Source of the DNA: Fibrobacteria bacterium | GTDB lineage: Bacteria; Fibrobacterota; Fibrobacteria; UBA11236; JADFYW01 | NCBI GenBank assembly: GCA_050294405.1 | Contig: JBNKOC010000024.1 | Coordinates: 64,001 to 128,000 of the forward strand | Length of the DNA stretch: 64,000 nucleotides | Direction: 5' to 3' | Part shown: positions 56,295-64,000 of the stretch, in pieces | How positions within the stretch are numbered: position 1 is the first letter of the stretch | Layout: every line of letters begins with the position of its first letter | Program-made: the position numbers and the translations under genes | Notes under the pieces: model-generated | What the model was told of the DNA's origin: nothing | Databases searched by the model: none | The model's input: only the letters and a program-made list of their open reading frames with translations

Positions 56295-58463
56295 ATGTTA
56301 AAGCTCATTTTTTGTTTTATTTTTGGAATAGTCGGTTTCCCCATGGCTCAGGATTGGATTCCCGAACAGGGAGCCTATTACCGCATAGTGTTTTTGCACA
56401 GTGGAAAATGCATCCGCCCCATAAATGCCTCTTTGGGAAATACAGAAGCAGAACAATGGGAAGTGAATCCAGCAGACGACACCCAGCTTTGGCGTTTTGA
56501 ACATGTTAATGGAGACTACTATGTAGGGGTAAACAAGGCCAGTGGAAAAGCTTTTGATATTTTTGACGCCAGCCCAAATGATATTGTCGGTGTTTGGACT
56601 CAGCACAACGGTTTAAACCAGCAGATTAGATTTTCAGCCAATGGCGCACCCAGCGGCTATTACTTTATGTTTGATAATCGGGAAAATAAGACTCTTGATG
56701 TTACTGGAGCCAGTCAGGCTAATGGAGCCAGAATAATATCCTATCCTCAAAAAAGCTATGGAATTGAAAATCAAGTGGTTCGCTTTGTTAAAGAAGAAAA
56801 TAATAATGTGACACCCGTTCCTGGTGGCATATATTCTGTAAAATATGTCCACAGTCAAAAATGTTTAGCCGTTGAAAATGCCAGCACCGCAAATGCCGCT
56901 AACGTTGAACAACAAACTTGCAGCGGTGGCTTGGAGCAAAAATTAAAACTCATAGAAGAAAATGGCTATTATGGTTTGGAATTTCAGCATAGCAATCAGA
57001 TGTTGGATATAGAAGGATTCAGTTATGCAAACGGGGCCAATGCCCTCCAATGGCCGTTAAAAACCTCTGGCGATAGAAGCAATCAACTTTTTCAATTAAT
57101 TGATTATGGGGATGGCACTTATAGCTTTGTTTACATGCACAGTGGCCAATGTGTGGACATTGCAGCAGTAAGCGCAGCAGATGGCGCCAATGTATTGCAA
57201 TGGCCATGTAAACCCTACCCTGATAATACAAACCAAAGGTTCATTTTTGTTTTAGATGAAAATACAATGGTGGACGCCCGCGATGGACAGAGCTATAAAA
57301 CCGCTATCATCGGCAACCAAACCTGGATGGCCGAAAATTTAAATTTTGATCCCGGATATGGAAGCGGACATTGGTGCTACGACAACGACCCTGCTAATTG
57401 CGATAATTATGGACGTCTGTATCAGTGGGGAGCGGCAATGGACTTGAACCCCGTCTATAGCGATGAAACCGAATGGTTTGGTTCTGATGTGGAACATCAG
57501 GGAGTATGTCCTGATGGCTGGCATATTCCGAGTGATGACGATTGGAAGAGCTTCGAGTTGGCTCTTGGTATGAGCCAAGCCGATGTGGATGCCACTGGCT
57601 TTAGAGGCACCAACCAGGGCAGCCAGTTAAAGGCCAGCTCGTTTAATGGAACAGACAATTATGGATTTGAGGCTTTGGGCCATGGATACTACCAAGGCTT
57701 TTACCAATACTTTTCAGCCATCGGTAGCACTTCGCCTTTTTGGACTTCTTCCAAAAGCAATATCAATGGAAACTCCAACTGGAGCGCCTGGTCCCGGGTT
57801 CTCAATTTAACAAGCAATCAAATTGTACGCAGCCATCAAAATAAAGATTTTGGGTATGCAGTGCGTTGTCTAAAACTAAGCTCTCAACCCACTTCTCATT
57901 TTACAGATTCCAGAGATAGCCAAATCTATAAAAAAGTTAGCATTGGAAATCAAACATGGATGGCGGAAAATCTGAATTACAACCCCTCTACAGGAACATC
58001 ACGTTGTCCCAATGACGACCCCGCTAATTGCGATATTTATGGTCGCATTTATTCCTGGGCAGATGTTATGGGGGTTTCTGGAACTTACAACAATTCTCTT
58101 TGGGGAGGCTCAGATGCTAACCACCAGGGAATATGCCCTCCAGGCTGGCGGGTACCCTCGGAATATGATTGGCAGCAATTAGAATCAGCTGTGGGCGGAT
58201 GGTTTTACGGGGGGCAAAAACTTAAAAAATACAGTCCCCTTTGGTTAACAGATCCCAACTTGCAGGTATCCAATTATCCCACAGATGACTATGGATTTGC
58301 AGCCCTTCCCGATTACAATTCAAACTTTGGTTTTTACTGGTTCGCCACTGAAAATTCAGCCACAACCGCTCAAGTCACCTATTTGTACGATATCATCAAT
58401 GAAATCAGATACACTAGTTTTGGTAAAAATAATGAAAAGGCATTGCGATGTATTGAAAATTAA
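56295..58463 (+). CDS. Secreted protein with two ricin-type beta-trefoil lectin domains and two Fib_succ_major (FISUMP) domains
   Basis: HSGKC, QW and NQ ricin repeats. Two D.RD.Q.YK...IGNQTWMAENLN...YGR.Y.W...QG.CP.GW..PS...RC domains. Confidence 0.9.
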   Translation: MLKLIFCFIFGIVGFPMAQDWIPEQGAYYRIVFLHSGKCIRPINASLGNTEAEQWEVNPADDTQLWRFEHVNGDYYVGVNKASGKAFDIFDASPNDIVGVWTQHNGLNQQIRFSANGAPSGYYFMFDNRENKTLDVTGASQANGARIISYPQKSYGIENQVVRFVKEENNNVTPVPGGIYSVKYVHSQKCLAVENASTANAANVEQQTCSGGLEQKLKLIEENGYYGLEFQHSNQMLDIEGFSYANGANALQWPLKTSGDRSNQLFQLIDYGDGTYSFVYMHSGQCVDIAAVSAADGANVLQWPCKPYPDNTNQRFIFVLDENTMVDARDGQSYKTAIIGNQTWMAENLNFDPGYGSGHWCYDNDPANCDNYGRLYQWGAAMDLNPVYSDETEWFGSDVEHQGVCPDGWHIPSDDDWKSFELALGMSQADVDATGFRGTNQGSQLKASSFNGTDNYGFEALGHGYYQGFYQYFSAIGSTSPFWTSSKSNINGNSNWSAWSRVLNLTSNQIVRSHQNKDFGYAVRCLKLSSQPTSHFTDSRDSQIYKKVSIGNQTWMAENLNYNPSTGTSRCPNDDPANCDIYGRIYSWADVMGVSGTYNNSLWGGSDANHQGICPPGWRVPSEYDWQQLESAVGGWFYGGQKLKKYSPLWLTDPNLQVSNYPTDDYGFAALPDYNSNFGFYWFATENSATTAQVTYLYDIINEIRYTSFGKNNEKALRCIEN

Positions 58464-58488
58464 AATGGAAGCAGCTAATTACATTGAG

Positions 58489-58513
58489 AGAGGGCCTTTG
58501 GCCCTCTTTTTTT
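58489..58513 (+). terminator. Intrinsic terminator
   Basis: AGAGGGCC-TTT-GGCCCTCT followed by a T-run. Confidence 0.85.
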
Positions 58514-58525
58514 ATATCAAAATAT

Positions 58526-60286
58526 TTATTTGGTCAGATATACTTTATGGCTTTGAACGTTATTACCCGCTTTAAATACAGCTAAATACAAACCAGCTTT
58601 AGCAGAAATTTCACTTCGATTTAAAGTGTAATTTCCAGCTTGCTGTTCTTCTGAAATAACATTTGCAGCAAGGCTTCCGTTTAAATTATAAAGTTTGAAG
58701 GAAACAAACTCAGGCTTTGGAAGATGGTAGCTTATATTTCCATTAGCCGAAACATCCAATTGAAAACTAACCGGCAAATTTATCTTAACATCTACGGCAG
58801 TTCCAGGAAAAGCAACTTCAGGAGCATTCCATAATTTTTCCAATAAGGTCATTTTCCTTTGATCCACGCCACTCCAGCTTCCCCAACCCTCTTTGTTGGA
58901 AACCGGGTCATAGGAAGAGCTATAAAGCCCATAAGTATCCGCAGATTCAGGATTAATGGACCAATAAAAAGAGTCATAAATTCCTTCACGCATCATATAA
59001 TCCACAAAGGCATTTTGCCATTGTTGATCAGTCGTTTTGTCTGTGAGGTAGCTGAACCTGGTTTGGTGACGGAGTTCGGATTTATTGGGCCAATCCATAT
59101 TTCCACCCCACTCGCCAATAGCAATAGCATAGCCCTTAGCCCGCAAATACCCAAAATGCTCATGCCAGCCCCTGTCTAAAATGCCTTGGTTAATAACGAT
59201 GTTACATTTAGTATCCCCAAAGGCCTCTCCATCCAAACCTGCGCATTCAGGTTGAGCGGTAAGATCCGCAAACATCTGTTGAACAAACACAGAAGGTCCA
59301 TAGGTATGAGGAGAATAAACAAGTTTGCTTTTAGGCATTGAGGGAGGCACCCAACCCGCCTCGTGTAAGTTTTCGCCCCAGTTAGGGTTTAGACTTAAAT
59401 CACCATGAGGACTGGGTATTGTGGTTTCGGGAGTGCCGTCTTGAGAACCACTGGAACTGCCTATACCCTGCGCAAATATAAGAATGTTAGGGTTCACGGC
59501 ACTTATGGCTGCATAGGCTTGGTCGATTAAAGAACGCCATTCTGCCCAACTATAATCCCAGGGTTCATTAAAAATGTCAATGCCCATAATATTGTCAACC
59601 CCGATCTCTGTTCCAAGAGTGGCCAGTTTTTGTAAATCCGCCAACCATTTCGTAACATCATAGGCCTGCACCGTGCTAACCGTACTGGGGTTTCCGGTTG
59701 CGGAACAAGAATACTCTTCACGGGTAAAATTATATTGTTCTCGATTTCCGTCTACATATGGAGGACGCGCATCCAGGCGACCAGCTCTCCAGCCAATATA
59801 ATTAGAGCAAGAATGCATATCTAACATAACATATAATCCGGCATCTGAAAGAGCTTTAATTGTTTGTTTTAAAGCTGTAAAGGCGCCTTCTATTCTTACT
59901 GATTCGGCATTTTTTAAATTGGGACTTTTGCCTTGGGGATTATTATCATCCAAAGTTTGAGGAGCCACTGGCAATCTTATACTATTGAAACCCAAATTCT
60001 TAATTTCCACAGCATCATCTTCCAAAGTTCTGCCACTTTCATTCCAAAACATATTTCCGATATACATTTCCATGGGAGCGCCATTGGGATTTGTGGCGTC
60101 ATCAGGTGATTCGTGACGGCCTTCCAGTCCGAACCAGGAGCCACCTTTTATCCGAAAAATCTGCCCATTTAATGTGATATTGCCTTTGTCATCTACAGCC
60201 CATACATTTTGGGCTTGTACTGCGGAGCAAAAGGCGACTGATAAAATTATTGCAAAAGATATTGCACTGTTCCTTATGGATATCAT
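58526..60286 (-). CDS. Glycoside hydrolase family 5 (cellulase/cellodextrinase-like) with T9SS-like CTD
   Basis: SWFGLEG, IRLPV, LDMH, DIFNEP (acid/base), SPHTYGPSV, IGEWGG (nucleophile), YWSINPES.DT. CTD tail. Confidence 0.92.
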   Translation of the reverse strand: MISIRNSAISFAIILSVAFCSAVQAQNVWAVDDKGNITLNGQIFRIKGGSWFGLEGRHESPDDATNPNGAPMEMYIGNMFWNESGRTLEDDAVEIKNLGFNSIRLPVAPQTLDDNNPQGKSPNLKNAESVRIEGAFTALKQTIKALSDAGLYVMLDMHSCSNYIGWRAGRLDARPPYVDGNREQYNFTREEYSCSATGNPSTVSTVQAYDVTKWLADLQKLATLGTEIGVDNIMGIDIFNEPWDYSWAEWRSLIDQAYAAISAVNPNILIFAQGIGSSSGSQDGTPETTIPSPHGDLSLNPNWGENLHEAGWVPPSMPKSKLVYSPHTYGPSVFVQQMFADLTAQPECAGLDGEAFGDTKCNIVINQGILDRGWHEHFGYLRAKGYAIAIGEWGGNMDWPNKSELRHQTRFSYLTDKTTDQQWQNAFVDYMMREGIYDSFYWSINPESADTYGLYSSSYDPVSNKEGWGSWSGVDQRKMTLLEKLWNAPEVAFPGTAVDVKINLPVSFQLDVSANGNISYHLPKPEFVSFKLYNLNGSLAANVISEEQQAGNYTLNRSEISAKAGLYLAVFKAGNNVQSHKVYLTK

Positions 60287-60712
60287 AAGAAATCCCCCCG
60301 GTTTAATTTATAACAGCTCTGCTGAAAGACTTCCCTATTCCCTCAGTTTGGTATCCAGAGCCTTAATTTTATTATATAGCCTATTTGAAAATAAACATAA
60401 GAAAAAACGTTTTTTTCGAAGTTTTTCAGCTAGTTTCCCGCAATATATATTGACGAATTTGATGTTTTTAAGGCTTATGTAATAAAAAAGATGGGAATCT
60501 ACCAAGTACCCCAAAATCCACAAAGCCTTTGGTTCCTCTATTTATAAGCTGTCAGAGGCCGATGTAGTTTACTTATTTTAAACAATACATCCTATTATTA
60601 ATAGGTATTTAATTTCGTTAAACAAATAAGCGCAAACATTGGAATAGCCGTAGGTAGGAATGCATCTATTTTGGTATTAAATCAATTACATATATGATTC
60701 TTTTATACCAAA

Positions 60713-61999
60713 TTAAGGGCCGCAGCTTGTAAAAACTTCCGAATTATAAAATAGTTGCCATACGCCATTCTCGAGATTTAACAAGAACAACCCCCTGTCA
60801 TTTCCGACTTCCCCAAATACAATAGTTGTACTACTCGCAGATTTATAAATACTAAGAGGCAAAAAACCAGGACGGCTATCAGAGGGAGATTGTTTAAAAA
60901 CCAATTTGCCCTTATAAAACAAATAGCCTACGCCATATTTAGGCGTATAAAGCATTAGTTGCAGGAAATCACCATATCGTTCAAATTTGAATTGAGGATG
61001 TTTCGTGCTGAATTCCTTCACAAAGCCTTTTGCTCTATCAAAATCAGAGTTATCTGATATTAAAATAAGGTTTCCTTCCTGCCTCCAATAACTTTGAACC
61101 TTTTTTTCACCAAAATTCTTATTATAATCTGACTCCCTAATCCATTGGATTGGCTCTATCCAATTTAAAACATTGGGTGGCATTATTGGCTCAAAGGATT
61201 TTACGTTTTCAAACTGTTTAACATCCTGACTGTCCAGAACCATTGTTCCAAAATCTTTAAGAGGTCTTTCCAGATTATATACAGCAATATAAACGCACTC
61301 CCTGGAACATGGTAGAAATGGAGCCCATAAATCAGACTTTTTGCATTCCTTTTCTAGGTATTTAAGGTTTCCATGCGAATAATCCTTCGAATCAAAGAAA
61401 AGAGCTTTTTGTAGTTTTTCTAATTTTAACAAGCCATTTTCCAAATCATATAATCTTCTACTTTCCAGAATTAGTTTTACTTTTTTTTCTTTGGGACCTA
61501 GCGATGTATAGCTAAATACTTCCGGCACACTAGAGTCACTGAATTGATTTTTGGGGAGGTACATTCTTTTCCAATTGAATTTAAAATATTGTTTTCGTTT
61601 AAATTCAAGTGAATTCCCCAAAGTGTCAAAGGCCTGGATATACCTAAACTTGTTTTCGTTTTTATTTGGGTATAAATACAGGAAATTAGTAAACACACTG
61701 TCTGTTTCTATATAGGCACATTTGAGATCAATGGTTTGGCCATTTATGAGCAACTCTTTTTTGCCTTTACTCCACGGGCAAGCTTTTACGGTAATCGAGT
61801 CTATTGTTACGGCATCTTCAAGCTCAAAGTACAACTCATTCTTTGGCTCACAAAACCGCATCATTCTCTTTCCCAGAGTTATTTTTTCCAAAACTGTTTG
61901 CACTGTGGAAGTATCAATACATGTAAGTGCATCGCTCCATACATTCGAAAATTGAATACAAAGTAACACAACAATTTTACTTATAAAGATTTTCAACAT
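60713..61999 (-). CDS. Hypothetical exported protein
   Basis: Long AT-rich ORF. Signal-like MLKIFISKIVVLLCIQFSNVWS from 61999. No family recognised. Confidence 0.6.
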   Translation of the reverse strand: MLKIFISKIVVLLCIQFSNVWSDALTCIDTSTVQTVLEKITLGKRMMRFCEPKNELYFELEDAVTIDSITVKACPWSKGKKELLINGQTIDLKCAYIETDSVFTNFLYLYPNKNENKFRYIQAFDTLGNSLEFKRKQYFKFNWKRMYLPKNQFSDSSVPEVFSYTSLGPKEKKVKLILESRRLYDLENGLLKLEKLQKALFFDSKDYSHGNLKYLEKECKKSDLWAPFLPCSRECVYIAVYNLERPLKDFGTMVLDSQDVKQFENVKSFEPIMPPNVLNWIEPIQWIRESDYNKNFGEKKVQSYWRQEGNLILISDNSDFDRAKGFVKEFSTKHPQFKFERYGDFLQLMLYTPKYGVGYLFYKGKLVFKQSPSDSRPGFLPLSIYKSASSTTIVFGEVGNDRGLFLLNLENGVWQLFYNSEVFTSCGP

Positions 62000-62138
62000 G
62001 TTTTTTCCTAGGCTCAGGAGTTTGCTGAAATCACAAAAGATTAATTTCTTAAATAAATTAAGCATTATCCGCTTTTAAAGCCAGCCGCAAAATGACTATA
62101 TTTAAAACCGATAGGTATTTGAACCCGGGGGGGACTTT

Positions 62139-63620
62139 ATGTTACGAACTATTGCATCAGCTGCAGTATTAATCACCGCAACTACAATTTTTTCTCAAAC
62201 CATAAATGTTTCGGGTAACATCAAAGACATCAACGGCAACGCCATATCCGGAGCTATTGTCCATTTAAAAACCGCGGACTTGAGTGACACAACTGGAAGT
62301 GATGGTAATTACCAGATTAATTTCATCCCTACTTCCCTAATCCCCCACCCTATTTCTCATGGGAAGATAAAAATGGAAAGCGGTATTCTGGAAGCTCAAC
62401 TGGAAAAGCAGGCAAAAATCAAACTGGATATTCTGGATGTTAACGGAAACCTGGTTGGATCAGAGCACAACAATAATGCCACTCCAGGTTACCACCGCTG
62501 GGATTTGGACCGCAATTTTTCCGGCCAGCAACTTTTAATAGTACTGCTTTCCATCGACAACCAAGTATTCAGTTTTCGATATCTTCCTTTGGGAACCCTT
62601 GGCAAACTAAATACATCAAACAATAACCACCAAAACAATAAAGCTCTCAGCAAATCCAGTTTAGCCCCAGATACTTTAGAAATAAGCGCAGACGGTTATT
62701 TCTCCCGGTCCATCTCTCTTGCCAGCCAGGAAATGGAACAGGATGCTATAATGTACAAAGACAATGGCAAAACTCCTCCGGGGCCAAGTGAAGGTTGTGG
62801 ACAAGGATTGGGAGATTTAACCAGCGATTACCGGAGCATTAACAGCAACAGCGATGACAGAGATTACTATTTAGATATACCTGAAAATTACAACCCAAAT
62901 TACCCTCATCGACTCTTTTTTGCCATGCATTGGGGAGGCGGCAATTATACTCAAATGGTAGACGGTATTGTGGAATGGGGACAGGGAACTGGACCGGAAT
63001 ACGCGTTTTATGGGTTGAAACACCGCTCCCAATTGGCAGAAGAGCCTTCCATATTTATAGCGCCAAATGGCATTGATGGCCGTTGGACGGAAGCGGCGCA
63101 CCCTTTGTTTGATAATTTACTGGCCTTCGCCAAGAAAAACCTTTGTATAGATACAACCCGCGTTTTTTCAACAGGTTTTAGCTTTGGCGGCATGATAACT
63201 TATTCCCTATCCACAAACCATCAAAAGGATTTACGGGCGGTGGTAGGACTTGCTCCAGCTAACTATGTGATTTATTTGCCAGAAAAAGTTGAAGAACCAA
63301 TTGCTTACATGAGCGCCACAGGCATGGATGATACAACCTGCCCCTGGGATGCCGGAGACAATGAAAGGGGCGCGAAATTTGCGCTTTTAGAAAAGGCCAC
63401 GGATAATGGCTGCGACATTCCTAATGATATTCCTACAACATTTTCGGGAAGCCGAACACATATGTGTTATGAATTTGAAGGATGTATGGAAGGTTATCCG
63501 GTTGTGGGTTGTACATTTGACGGAGGCCATATTGCCAATGTGGGCGATGGCGGGACAGGAAATGTAGGCGGCGATAGCTGGATCGTAAAAGAATCTTGGG
63601 ATTTTTTCGCCCAATTTTAG
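62139..63620 (+). CDS. Secreted CE1-like (feruloyl/PHB-type) esterase with N-terminal carboxypeptidase-like and internal CTD-like domains
   Basis: SEGCG, IPENYNPN, AMHWGG, CIDTTRVFSTGFSFGG, GMDD, FDGGH, SWDFFAQF. Confidence 0.85.
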   Translation: MLRTIASAAVLITATTIFSQTINVSGNIKDINGNAISGAIVHLKTADLSDTTGSDGNYQINFIPTSLIPHPISHGKIKMESGILEAQLEKQAKIKLDILDVNGNLVGSEHNNNATPGYHRWDLDRNFSGQQLLIVLLSIDNQVFSFRYLPLGTLGKLNTSNNNHQNNKALSKSSLAPDTLEISADGYFSRSISLASQEMEQDAIMYKDNGKTPPGPSEGCGQGLGDLTSDYRSINSNSDDRDYYLDIPENYNPNYPHRLFFAMHWGGGNYTQMVDGIVEWGQGTGPEYAFYGLKHRSQLAEEPSIFIAPNGIDGRWTEAAHPLFDNLLAFAKKNLCIDTTRVFSTGFSFGGMITYSLSTNHQKDLRAVVGLAPANYVIYLPEKVEEPIAYMSATGMDDTTCPWDAGDNERGAKFALLEKATDNGCDIPNDIPTTFSGSRTHMCYEFEGCMEGYPVVGCTFDGGHIANVGDGGTGNVGGDSWIVKESWDFFAQF

Positions 63621-63630
63621 CCAAAATTAT

Positions 63631-63646
63631 TGGCAACATTTTTGCG
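63631..63646 (+). promoter_or_regulatory. Candidate sigma54 promoter
   Basis: TTGGCAACATTTTTGCG with GG-N10-GC spacing, upstream of the ORF at 63734. Confidence 0.45.
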
Positions 63647-63733
63647 TCAATTGGATGTGGATTGGATCCATATTTGCTTGTATTGACTTTCTCCAATAAA
63701 AATATATGCTAATAAGAAAGGAGGTTCATAATT

Positions 63734-64000
63734 ATGAATTATTGGTCAGAACTCAAATCTAAGCTTACCAATGGAAATCCCGATTATTTTGCAAAAGCAA
63801 AAAAGCTTGGAGATTTGCTGGTATCTAAAGCTAAGGAAGGAAGTGAGTTTCTTGCCTCGAAGTCAAAAGAAGAAATAGAAATCCTGAAACTCAAATATTC
63901 CTTACATCAGAATCACTCAAAATTAACAGATGCTTTAGCAGATGTCGCTAGCCTTTCCCTCAACATGTATAAGAATAAAAAAGATTTTTACTCGGATGAG
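63734..64000 (+). CDS. Hypothetical helical protein, truncated by the window end
   Basis: SD AAGGAGG and ATG 63734. Open for 89 codons (MNYWSELKSKL...) to the edge. Not in the supplied ORF track. Confidence 0.7.
   Translation, partial: MNYWSELKSKLTNGNPDYFAKAKKLGDLLVSKAKEGSEFLASKSKEEIEILKLKYSLHQNHSKLTDALADVASLSLNMYKNKKDFYSDE

Noticed and set aside
57270..58463. FISUMP duplication as a possible DGR template/variable repeat pair
   Set aside because: Both copies are in-frame coding domains, the differences are not adenine-specific, and no reverse transcriptase is in the window.

Overview
AT-rich, gene-dense bacterial chromosomal segment, most likely Fibrobacterota. This is inferred from the Fib_succ_major/FISUMP domains, many secreted carbohydrate-active enzymes with T9SS-like C-terminal tails, and a pair of uncharacterised barrel-like paralogs. 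No rRNA, tRNA, CRISPR or mobile element was recognised. In order, the window holds: two paralogous putative outer-membrane proteins plus a ThuA-domain protein; an ECF sigma / ZAS anti-sigma / YfbK-like vWA lipoprotein cluster with two near-identical GGAACTT-N16-GTCTTA promoters; a lipase with two lipoproteins; a PEP-CTERM protein; a DUF4810-DUF799-CsgG-PEGA-barrel envelope operon whose first gene probably starts at CTG; a TetR / methyltransferase / DmeF unit; alpha-2-macroglobulin and pbpC; a 7TM-DISM kinase with a sigma54 activator; Crp and AhpD; a TonB-type operon; a TetR-TolC-HlyD-ABC efflux operon; a decayed esterase; and GH99-like, GH5, CE6, CE1-like and ricin-FISUMP proteins. The best candidate for an undescribed system is 39948-46897. 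It has a full sigma54 promoter layout (-24/-12 box, IHF-like site, two identical TGTGA-N6-TCACA palindromes 83 bp apart). That promoter precedes a pseudo-receiver, an ExbB, two unequal ExbDs (one lacking the proton-path Asp), a TonB, a receptor fused to its own TonB C-terminal domain, and a lipoprotein. All family assignments come from motif recognition by eye; no database searches were run.
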